A stretch of 37,317 nt of DNA from a virus. Its lineage: Duplodnaviria > Caudoviricetes. Made by a program: the position numbers and the translations under genes. The stretch spans positions 1-37,317 of IMG/VR virus record IMGVR_UViG_3300028740_000013, one strand, 5' to 3'. Of the stretch, positions 7,470-14,811 are shown one piece after another; position 1 is the stretch's first letter, and each line of letters opens with the position of its first letter. The notes beneath the pieces were generated by a model. The model was not told where the DNA came from. It was given only the letters and a program-made list of their open reading frames with translations, and did not search any database.

Positions 7470-7820
7470 ATAATTTGCCCAACATGCCTTGGTGCCGGTG
7501 CGCAGCTTGCGGGTAACGCCGCGGGCGCGACGTGCGGCAAATGCGGCGGGTCCGGCGCGTTGCCCGACGCGGGGCTTGTCGTGGGCGGCACATACCGTAG
7601 CCGGGGTGGCGACGAAGCGGTAGTGCTCGGCGCGCGTGAGGACACTATCCGTAGCGCGCTGTCCGGCCTCGACATACCCTGCCCGACGTACTACGGCGTG
7701 CTGGGGACCGGGCGCGTCACAACTTGGGAACCCGACGGTTTTTGCCGTTGGGATAGACAACCCACCCCGCACGACCTACTATTGACCAAACTGTCAGACT
7801 CGCAAGAGGTTGCCCGATGA
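7470..7820 (+). CDS. DnaJ-type Zn finger plus small phage domain; probable ATA start
   Basis: Frame of the 7560 ORF extends upstream as ICPTCLGAG...CGKCGGSG; AGGGAG 9 nt before ATA 7470; in-frame stop at 7446. Confidence 0.55.
   Translation: MICPTCLGAGAQLAGNAAGATCGKCGGSGALPDAGLVVGGTYRSRGGDEAVVLGAREDTIRSALSGLDIPCPTYYGVLGTGRVTTWEPDGFCRWDRQPTPHDLLLTKLSDSQEVAR
7782..7797. promoter_or_regulatory. Motif copy (CTA)TTGAC-caaact-GTCAG
   Basis: Matches the motif and begins 35 nt before ATG 7817; lies inside the 3' end of a CDS. Confidence 0.45.
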
Positions 7821-8032
7821 CCCCGCCGCCCGACCCGCCTCGCCCCGCACCAAGACGCCCCGTTGCCGCCACACAGTGCGAAATTGCGCTATTACGGCTT
7901 AAGGCTTTCGAGCTGCTTAACGGGTATGACCCCCATTCTAGGGCGGGAGCACCCACAACATTTAATCTCGAAGGTCGTAAAGACGCGGCGCTTGCTTTGG
8001 CCGAATGGGCTCTTAAGGATAGCGACCGATGA
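7817..8032 (+). CDS. Hypothetical protein
   Basis: AAGAGGT RBS, ATGA overlaps. Confidence 0.55.
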   Translation: MTPPPDPPRPAPRRPVAATQCEIALLRLKAFELLNGYDPHSRAGAPTTFNLEGRKDAALALAEWALKDSDR

Positions 8033-8337
8033 CTCGCCCCCGCCTACTCGCCACCGATCGTAAGGCCCAAATCTTGGAGTCAGCCCTGCTTTATGCGGTC
8101 GCCAACAATTTCGCGCAAATCACCTTTGCGGCGGTTGGTCGCTTGAGCGGCTGCGGCCGTACGACGGTTATCTATCACTTCCATTCTATCGTGCGACTGC
8201 GGTCCGCTGTGATGCGACTCGCCGTCAAACGCGGTGTGTTCAAGGTCGTTGCGGAAGGGCTTGTCGCGCGGCACAGTGCGGCCCTGGCCGCGCCGGACGA
8301 TCTTAAAGCGCGGGCGTTGGCGTCGCTTCGGTCATAG
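8029..8337 (+). CDS. TetR-like HTH DNA-binding protein
   Basis: RKAQILESAL...FAQITFAAVGRLSGCGRTTVIYHF. Confidence 0.8.
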   Translation: MTRPRLLATDRKAQILESALLYAVANNFAQITFAAVGRLSGCGRTTVIYHFHSIVRLRSAVMRLAVKRGVFKVVAEGLVARHSAALAAPDDLKARALASLRS

Positions 8338-8360
8338 CATCTTGCGGGGATACCTGGGGT

Positions 8361-10790
8361 ATGTGGCAACTGCCGCCCGCATTGTCTGCGTTCGGGGCTT
8401 ATAGGCGATTTATTGTCTATCAAGCCGTGCCGAGCACGACGCGCGCCGGCAAAACCGACAAATTCCCAATCGACTACCGCACGGGGCGCAAGGGCGACTC
8501 GCAGGACCCCGCAATTTGGCTGACGTGGCAAGAGGCCGCGGCATATGCCGAAGTGTTTGGCCCCGCGTTTGGCGTCGGCTTTGTCTTCACGCGCGAGGTC
8601 GGGCTATTTTTCATAGACCTTGACAATTGCCTACGCGACCCGGCGCACCGTGAGCTGGGATGGAATGATACGGCCCTAGCATTGCTTGCGCAGTTTACCG
8701 GCGCAGCGGTTGAAGTGTCGCTATCGGGCGAGGGGCTCCATATTTTTGGCCGCGGCCATGCCCCCGAGCCGCGGCGTAAGAAGTCTGCGGACCCTGCTTT
8801 CGCTTTTGATCTTTATACGGAGGGCCGCTTTGTTGCACTCACGGGTTGGAATGCTCTAGGCGACGCGGCAACCGACCACACCGCCGCGCTCACTGATATA
8901 ACCGCACGCTATCTGCATCGTGACGCGGCCGCGATTGTAGAGGGTGACGGCCCATGCGCTGAATGGAACGGCCCGGCCGACGATGTGGAGTTACTGCGAC
9001 GTGCGCTCAAGTCCCGCGGCGTCGGTGCGGTCTTTGGTGGCAAAGCCTCCTTTGCGGACCTTTGGGATAATAACGTGCCCGCGCTTGCCGCGGCTTTCCC
9101 TGACGATCATGGCCGCGCGGACTATGACGAATCGCGCGCCGACGCCGCCCTTGCCCAACACCTAGCTTTTTGGACGGGCAAGGATTGTGAGCGCATTGCC
9201 CGGCTTATGCTGCAATCCCAGCTCGTACGTGAAAAATGGGAACGGCCAGACTACCTGCCCCGCACGATCGAAGCCGCCGTAGCGCGGCAGGTCGACGTGC
9301 TGCACGACAAGCCCACTGCGTTGCCGGCGGTCGTACCCCCACCCCCGTCGACCCCGGCCGTAGCGCCCCCCAAGGTTGTGAGCGGCGACCGGTACTTGTC
9401 CGCCCCGGCGCAAATGAACCTTTTTAAGGGTTGCGTCTATGTGTCGGCACTCCACCGCATCCTTGTGGAAGGCGGCTATCTCCTAAAGCCGGATCAATTC
9501 CGCGCCGTCTTTGGCGGCTACTCTTTCCCGATGGACCCCGCCAACGAGCGGGTCGTACGGGATGCATACGAAGCCTTTACTCAGTCACAATGCTTTAGGT
9601 TCCCACAAGCCGACTCGGTTTGCTTCCGCCCCGAGCTGCCGGCGGGGGTCATCATCCAAGAGGGCGGCGCGCGCCTCGCAAATGTGTGGTGGCCGATCGA
9701 CACGCCGCAAGCTGACGGCGACGCCGGGCCGTTCCTGCGGCACATGGAAAAGCTCTTTCCGATTGACAGCGACCGCGCCGCAATTCTCGCTTACATGGCC
9801 GCGCTCGTGCAAAACCCCGGGCGCAAATTCCAATGGGCGCCGGTCATCATCGGCGCGGAAGGCAACGGCAAGACGCTACTTGCGACGGCGCTTACGCATG
9901 CGGTCGGGGAGCGCTACAGTCACACGCCAAATACAAAAGACCTAGGCGACAACGGCCTTAAATTCACCGGATGGTTGGCAAGCAAGCTCTTGGTGGTGTT
10001 TGAAGAGATTTACACCGCGGAGCGTCGCGAGGTCCTGGAGGGCCTTAAGCCCCTCGTGACCAACTTACGGGTGGAAATCCAGGGCAAAGGGCAAGACCAA
10101 GTCACGGGCGATAACCGCGCCAACCTCATATTTTTTAGCAACCATAAGGACGCGGTGCCCTCGCACCCCGACGCGCGGCGCTATGCGATTTTTTACACCG
10201 CGCAGCAAAACGCGGAGGATATGGACCGCGACGGATTGACCGGGGGCTACTTCCCCGACCTTTGGGACTGGTTCGAAGGGCGCAACGCCTATGCGGGCGG
10301 CCCGTCCGGCAAGGCGATCGTCAACGGATACTTGCGGTCCTACGCGATACCCGACGCACTCAACCCCGCTACGCAATGCCAGCGCGCGCCCGCCACGTCT
10401 AGCACTGCCGAGGCCGTGCGCCTGTCGCTCGGAACGATCGAACAAGAGGTACTAGAGGCCGTGGCGCAAGAGACGCCCGGATTTGCCGGCGGGTTTATCA
10501 GTTCCCTTGCGATGACAAAGCTAGTCGAACGCCTCAAATTTGAGCGCCGCATGCCGCCGCGCCGTCGCCATGAGCTGCTAATCGGGCTTGGATACGAGCC
10601 GCACCCGGCATTGCCTGACGGCCGGGTCAACACGGTCGTTATGCCGGATGTGGGCAGGCCGCGGCTTTACGTCAAAAAAGGGTCGTTGCTCTTAAATTTA
10701 ACGTCAGGGGCCACGGTGCAAGAAGCTTACGAGCGCGCGCAAACCAAGACTGTGACGCGCGGCGCGGCTTTTATTTCCCCGGCCTCTTGA
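8361..10790 (+). CDS. NrS-1-type primase-polymerase fused to SF3/D5-like helicase
   Basis: FIDLD, EVSLSGEGLHIF, LYTEGRFVALTG, helical bundle DESRADAALAQHLAFWTG, Walker A GAEGNGKT, VVFEE, FFSNH, RRY. Confidence 0.9.
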   Translation: MWQLPPALSAFGAYRRFIVYQAVPSTTRAGKTDKFPIDYRTGRKGDSQDPAIWLTWQEAAAYAEVFGPAFGVGFVFTREVGLFFIDLDNCLRDPAHRELGWNDTALALLAQFTGAAVEVSLSGEGLHIFGRGHAPEPRRKKSADPAFAFDLYTEGRFVALTGWNALGDAATDHTAALTDITARYLHRDAAAIVEGDGPCAEWNGPADDVELLRRALKSRGVGAVFGGKASFADLWDNNVPALAAAFPDDHGRADYDESRADAALAQHLAFWTGKDCERIARLMLQSQLVREKWERPDYLPRTIEAAVARQVDVLHDKPTALPAVVPPPPSTPAVAPPKVVSGDRYLSAPAQMNLFKGCVYVSALHRILVEGGYLLKPDQFRAVFGGYSFPMDPANERVVRDAYEAFTQSQCFRFPQADSVCFRPELPAGVIIQEGGARLANVWWPIDTPQADGDAGPFLRHMEKLFPIDSDRAAILAYMAALVQNPGRKFQWAPVIIGAEGNGKTLLATALTHAVGERYSHTPNTKDLGDNGLKFTGWLASKLLVVFEEIYTAERREVLEGLKPLVTNLRVEIQGKGQDQVTGDNRANLIFFSNHKDAVPSHPDARRYAIFYTAQQNAEDMDRDGLTGGYFPDLWDWFEGRNAYAGGPSGKAIVNGYLRSYAIPDALNPATQCQRAPATSSTAEAVRLSLGTIEQEVLEAVAQETPGFAGGFISSLAMTKLVERLKFERRMPPRRRHELLIGLGYEPHPALPDGRVNTVVMPDVGRPRLYVKKGSLLLNLTSGATVQEAYERAQTKTVTRGAAFISPAS

Positions 10791-10802
10791 CGCTTCGGTC
10801 AA
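10787..10802. promoter_or_regulatory. Palindrome TTGAC-gcttcg-GTCAA(TAG)
   Basis: Overlaps the primase stop; followed by TGCTAAAAAT (-10-like). Confidence 0.65.
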
Positions 10803-10845
10803 TAGGGTGCTAAAAATGCTTACGCTCTTAAAAAGGACCGCCGTC

Positions 10846-11004
10846 GTGCTCCATTTCCGCCCGCTTACAAAAGTTGTTGCCGCGCTGCGTTGGCGCCGCC
10901 AGCCGCTTCTGGTTCATGTGGACGACTCGGGGATGATTATCAACGTCGGCCCCGCCGAAGGATATGCAACGCGGCGCGACCTACGCGCCTGGAGGAACAG
11001 GTAA
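10846..11004 (+). CDS. Hypothetical protein
   Basis: AAGGA 8 nt before GTG 10846; alternative starts at 10807 and 10816. Confidence 0.5.
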   Translation: MLHFRPLTKVVAALRWRRQPLLVHVDDSGMIINVGPAEGYATRRDLRAWRNR

Positions 11005-11186
11005 TGGGACCCTGGGTTACGTACACTTGCGAAGGCGGCCGGTATTGGCGGGTTATCCGGCGAAATCCTATATGGGTTGGCGGCATTGAAGTGCTTCGCA
11101 CCCACACCGGTCGCGCCCGTTGGTTTATGACATACGAGGCCGCTAGAAAGGCCGCCCGTAAAGCAAACGCAAAGGCCAAACCATGA
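11004..11186 (+). CDS. Hypothetical protein (60 aa)
   Basis: GGAGGA RBS, TAATG overlap. Confidence 0.6.
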   Translation: MGPWVTYTCEGGRYWRVIRRNPIWVGGIEVLRTHTGRARWFMTYEAARKAARKANAKAKP

Positions 11187-11341
11187 CCCGCACCGACCGC
11201 AGTTTGACGCCCGAGCAAGAAGCCGACTTTTTTGCCGGTCGTCCGGTGCCGCCACTACGTCGTCGCAATAGCGGGTACTTTTGGCCCTTGTTCTTTTGGG
11301 CGCTGGCGGTCGCGCTATACGCACATGTCCGCGCTTTTTAA
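11183..11341 (+). CDS. Small membrane protein (52 aa)
   Basis: ATGA overlap; C-terminal hydrophobic YFWPLFFWALAVALYA; absent from the ORF track. Confidence 0.5.
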   Translation: MTRTDRSLTPEQEADFFAGRPVPPLRRRNSGYFWPLFFWALAVALYAHVRAF

Positions 11342-11390
11342 TTGGTGCCGCCGCACCTGGCGCGCCGCAACCTCGGGAGAATGCAAGCCT

Positions 11391-12161
11391 ATGCCCTCTA
11401 TCACGATCACACTGCCCCTGGACCCGAGCGGTTCGGACCTACGCAAGGCGCGCGAGTTGCTCGCCTTCTTGCGCTCACTCAGTCAAGACCCGTCGGCGCG
11501 CTCGGCCAGTACCGCGGACGTTGACGATGATGACGGCGAGGATGCCCCGGCCGTCGCGGGCTTTGCGCCGCCGGTTGCGTCGGTCAACGCCCACGCCAGC
11601 GCGGCGCTGCACGAGGCTCTTGCCGTGTCCGCCTCGCCGGTCGTAATGCCGCCCGCGGCGGACAATGGCGCAGTCATGGGTGCCGTTGACTCCACCGGCC
11701 TGCCCTGGGATGCGCGCATTCACGCCAGCAACCGCAGCACCAATGCCGACGGCTCGTGGCGCCGCAAGCGCAACCTGGACGACGCGACGTACGCCGCCGT
11801 CGTTGCCGAGCTGCGCGGCGCCAAGACCGTGTCGCCCCCCGCCCCGATGGTCGCGGCTACTCTCGCGCCACCTCCGCCGCCCCCGGTCCCGGTTGCCCCG
11901 CCAGCGCCCCCGCCGCCCGCCGCGTCCGGCAAGTCAAAGTTTGTGGTCTTTATGGAGTCGTACGTGCAGCCCGGCCTTGTCGCGGGCAAATTTAAGCGCG
12001 AGCAACTCAACGAGGCGGCGGTCGCGGTCGGCCTGCAAAACCTCGTGGGCCTCAGTATCCGGCCCGATCTTGTGCCCGCCGCGACGACCTACCTTGACGC
12101 CATTGTTGGCGGTCAAGACGCCGCGACGGCCGCCGTCCTCGCGCAATCCATGATCGGTTAA
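11391..12161 (+). CDS. Pro/Ala-rich replication-module protein
   Basis: GGGAG RBS; DSTGLPWDARIHASNRSTNADGSWRRKR motif; sits upstream of the DUF2800-like gene. Confidence 0.7.
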   Translation: MPSITITLPLDPSGSDLRKARELLAFLRSLSQDPSARSASTADVDDDDGEDAPAVAGFAPPVASVNAHASAALHEALAVSASPVVMPPAADNGAVMGAVDSTGLPWDARIHASNRSTNADGSWRRKRNLDDATYAAVVAELRGAKTVSPPAPMVAATLAPPPPPPVPVAPPAPPPPAASGKSKFVVFMESYVQPGLVAGKFKREQLNEAAVAVGLQNLVGLSIRPDLVPAATTYLDAIVGGQDAATAAVLAQSMIG

Positions 12162-12165
12162 GCCT

Positions 12166-13353
12166 ATGAGCGCCGCCCAACACGCTCCGTTGCCCCCCAG
12201 CGCCGCCGCGCGCTGGGGTGGCCAGTGCGCCGCCTCTGCTGCCCTTGAGGCGCGGTACGCTGACTTTGGCGCCGACACGCACGCCAGCGCCCGGGAATGG
12301 GGGGACGCGGCGCATTGGCTGGCGGCCGGGTGCTTACGTGCGGACGGCATACCGTCGCGGGGCGCGATCGGGGAGACTGCCACCCCCAACGGCGTCGTCA
12401 TTGACGATGAAATGGTCGAAGCCGTCGACCTTTACGTGTCCGACGTGCTGGCCAAGCTCGCCGAAGTCGGCGTGTCGCTGGCCGATTGTCACATTGAAAG
12501 CCGCCTGGACCCGACCGGCATAATCCACCCCGACAATTGGGGGACGGCGGACCTTTGGGTTTTTGTGTGGCGCGGGCCGACCGCTGGGCTGTTGCTGCTT
12601 TGGGACTTCAAGGGCGGCCATCGCTTTGTCGACGCCTACCTGAATTGGCAGCTTATCAATTACGCCGCGCTAATCCTTGGGCGCAAAGAATTTGCCCACC
12701 TGGACCACCGGCAGGTGCAAGTCGTGATGACCGTCGTACAGCCGCGCAATTACGCCCCGGTCGGGCCGGTGCGGCGTTGGGCGACAACGGCCGTTGACCT
12801 TGCCGGGTACTGGCAGGACTTGCGCGATGCCGCGGCCGAAGCCCGGGGGCCGTCGCCACGCACGCAAGTCGGGCCGGAATGCGCCGACTGCAAAGGCCGC
12901 CACATATGTCCGGCTCTCGCCCGTGCGGCAGACAGTGCCGCCGACGTGGCGGGTGACGCCGCGCCTGTCGAGTTGCCGCCCGACGCGCTCGGGATTGAAT
13001 TGCGCATCTTGCGCCGCGCCAAAGACCTACTCGACGCGCGAGTCGACGGCCTGGAAACCCAAGCCCTCGCGTTGATTAAAGCGGGCAAATCAATTCCGTT
13101 CTTTAAGGCCGAAGCGTCACCGGGCCGGGAGTGGTGGAGCGGCGACACCGCCGAAGTCATCGCGCTCGGGGCCGCGCTTGGGTTACCGATCGCCAAGCCG
13201 CCCACGCCGATCACACCGGGGCAAGCGCGCAAAGCGGGCATGGACGCTGCTATCGTCGCCGCCTATTCCGCCCGCACGCCGGGCGCCGTCAAAATTGTAC
13301 CCGCCGACAGCGCTGTCGCTGCCAAAGTTTTCACCGCAACCCCCGGAGCTTAA
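12166..13353 (+). CDS. DUF2800 / Cas4-like PD-(D/E)XK exonuclease
   Basis: PSAAARW..C, G.AAH, WGTADL, WDFKGG, QLINYA, CADCKGRHICP. Confidence 0.88.
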   Translation: MSAAQHAPLPPSAAARWGGQCAASAALEARYADFGADTHASAREWGDAAHWLAAGCLRADGIPSRGAIGETATPNGVVIDDEMVEAVDLYVSDVLAKLAEVGVSLADCHIESRLDPTGIIHPDNWGTADLWVFVWRGPTAGLLLLWDFKGGHRFVDAYLNWQLINYAALILGRKEFAHLDHRQVQVVMTVVQPRNYAPVGPVRRWATTAVDLAGYWQDLRDAAAEARGPSPRTQVGPECADCKGRHICPALARAADSAADVAGDAAPVELPPDALGIELRILRRAKDLLDARVDGLETQALALIKAGKSIPFFKAEASPGREWWSGDTAEVIALGAALGLPIAKPPTPITPGQARKAGMDAAIVAAYSARTPGAVKIVPADSAVAAKVFTATPGA

Positions 13354-13571
13354 AGCACCATGACCCCCGAACAGCGAGAGTCATTCACGCAGGCGGCTCG
13401 CCCGCTGATCGAATGGCTTAACCAAAACGGCCACCCGCATTACACCGTAGTGGTGACCCCCACGAATGCCGAGCTTCTTGAAGGGCGAATCTCTACGGGT
13501 CCAATCCTCGACTACGTGCGCGACTAAGCGCATTCCCCACCGCAACCCCTGGAGCTTAAAGCACCATGACC
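13332..13571 (+). repeat. 34-bp direct repeat (13332-13365, 13538-13571; 33/34 identical) flanking a small gene
   Basis: CACCGCAACCCC(C/T)GGAGCTTAAAGCACCATGACC. Confidence 0.95.
13360..13527 (+). CDS. Small hypothetical protein (55 aa)
   Basis: GGAG RBS; MTPEQRESFTQAARPLIEWLNQNGHPHYTVVVTPTNAELLEG...; absent from the ORF track. Confidence 0.8.
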   Translation: MTPEQRESFTQAARPLIEWLNQNGHPHYTVVVTPTNAELLEGRISTGPILDYVRD

Positions 13572-14450
13572 TCACTAAACCTTACGCTGCCCGTTGGACG
13601 TGTCGTCCAGGGGTCACTTTACACCGCCAACGACAAAGACTTCGACGGCAACCCCCTCGTGGTCAAGCGCGGGCCGAACGCCGGCAAACCGACCGTGCAA
13701 TACTTCTTTGCCATCGCCATCCCGAAAGGCCCCGAGCGTACGTGGTTCGAAACGGCCTGGGGTCAAGAAATTCTTAAGGTCGGCGCTGCGGCGTTCCCGT
13801 CGCAGCACCAGCACCCGGACTTTTCTTGGAAAGTCGCGGACGGCGACTCGGCTGTGCCCAACAAGCGCGGCGGCAAGAATTGCGACAAAGAGGGATTACC
13901 AGGCCATTGGATTGTCAAGCTGTCATCCGGCTTCGCGCCCAAGACGTACCGCAGCGTTGACGGCGGCAAGTCGTGGCAATCGATCGTGGAACCCGAGTTT
14001 ATCAAATGCGGCTATTTCGTGCAGGTCAACGTCACGGTTGACGGCAACGGCCAGTCGGGCAACCCGGGCGTCTATCTCAACCACAACCTCGTGGCGTTCA
14101 ACAACTTCGGCCCCGAGATTGTGCAGGGGCCGGACCCGGACGCCGTCGGCTTTGCTGCCCCGGTCGCTGCCGCCAACGCCGCGCCGCCCGCAATGCCGAT
14201 GCCGTCGGCCCCGGTCGTGCCGCCCGTAGCGATGCCCAACGTCGCTACGCCGCCCGCCATCCCCGTCACGCCTAACCCCGGCATTCTCGACGTGCCTGCC
14301 GTCCCGGGTGTGCCGGCCGTCGCCCCGCCGCCTCCCGCGGCTCCGGTGCATCGGATGACCGCGGCGGCGGGCGGCGTGTCGTACGAGGCGTACATTACCG
14401 CCGGGTGGAATGACGCCTTGCTCGTGCAACACGGAAAGATGGAAGCCTAA
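13566..14450 (+). CDS. Phage ssDNA-binding protein (DUF2815/gp2.5-like) with Pro/Ala tail
   Basis: PVGRVVQGSL, FSWKVADGDS, KCGYFVQV, PGVYLNHNLV; lies between the exonuclease and the polymerase. Confidence 0.78.
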   Translation: MTSLNLTLPVGRVVQGSLYTANDKDFDGNPLVVKRGPNAGKPTVQYFFAIAIPKGPERTWFETAWGQEILKVGAAAFPSQHQHPDFSWKVADGDSAVPNKRGGKNCDKEGLPGHWIVKLSSGFAPKTYRSVDGGKSWQSIVEPEFIKCGYFVQVNVTVDGNGQSGNPGVYLNHNLVAFNNFGPEIVQGPDPDAVGFAAPVAAANAAPPAMPMPSAPVVPPVAMPNVATPPAIPVTPNPGILDVPAVPGVPAVAPPPPAAPVHRMTAAAGGVSYEAYITAGWNDALLVQHGKMEA

Positions 14451-14451
14451 A

Positions 14452-14811
14452 ATGTCAGAGGTCAGGCCGCTAGAAGTGCAGGATTTATTTTTGGCCCTAG
14501 CGGCCTGCCCGATGACGGCGCAAGTGTGGGTTGGCGTGCCCGACTGCGACGCCCAAAGCCCAGTACTGTCCCTGGACCCCTATGCGGGGCCGGGCGTGCG
14601 GTTGGAAATGGGTCCGGTCTATGACCCCGATGACGACCAACCGGCGGCGGTTATCTTAAAAAAAATTCGGGCTGCGGTAAAAGCGTTCAAGCGCGGCAGT
14701 CTCTACGTCGACAAAACAACCGGCGCGGTCCATATGGTGACGCAGTCTGAGGTCCGCGACTTTGCCGCGAAACTGGACCACATCCTTGCGATTGATGAAA
14801 GCGGCAAGTGA
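14452..14811 (+). CDS. Hypothetical protein
   Basis: Fills the SSB-polymerase gap; GTGA overlap. Confidence 0.6.
   Translation: MSEVRPLEVQDLFLALAACPMTAQVWVGVPDCDAQSPVLSLDPYAGPGVRLEMGPVYDPDDDQPAAVILKKIRAAVKAFKRGSLYVDKTTGAVHMVTQSEVRDFAAKLDHILAIDESGK

Noticed and set aside
8317-8337. GTCGCTTCGGTCATAG resembling the 10787 motif, upstream of the primase
   Set aside because: Left half-site is missing and it lies inside a CDS; not counted as a motif copy
12166-13353. Cas4-like gene as evidence of a CRISPR system
   Set aside because: No array or other cas genes; standard nuclease-SSB-polymerase module
11820-14350. Pro/Ala low-complexity tracts in two proteins
   Set aside because: Flexible linkers, not DNA repeat arrays
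14658-14665. A8 run in 14452-14811
   Set aside because: The ORF reads through (LKKI) and couples to the polymerase start; no frameshift needed
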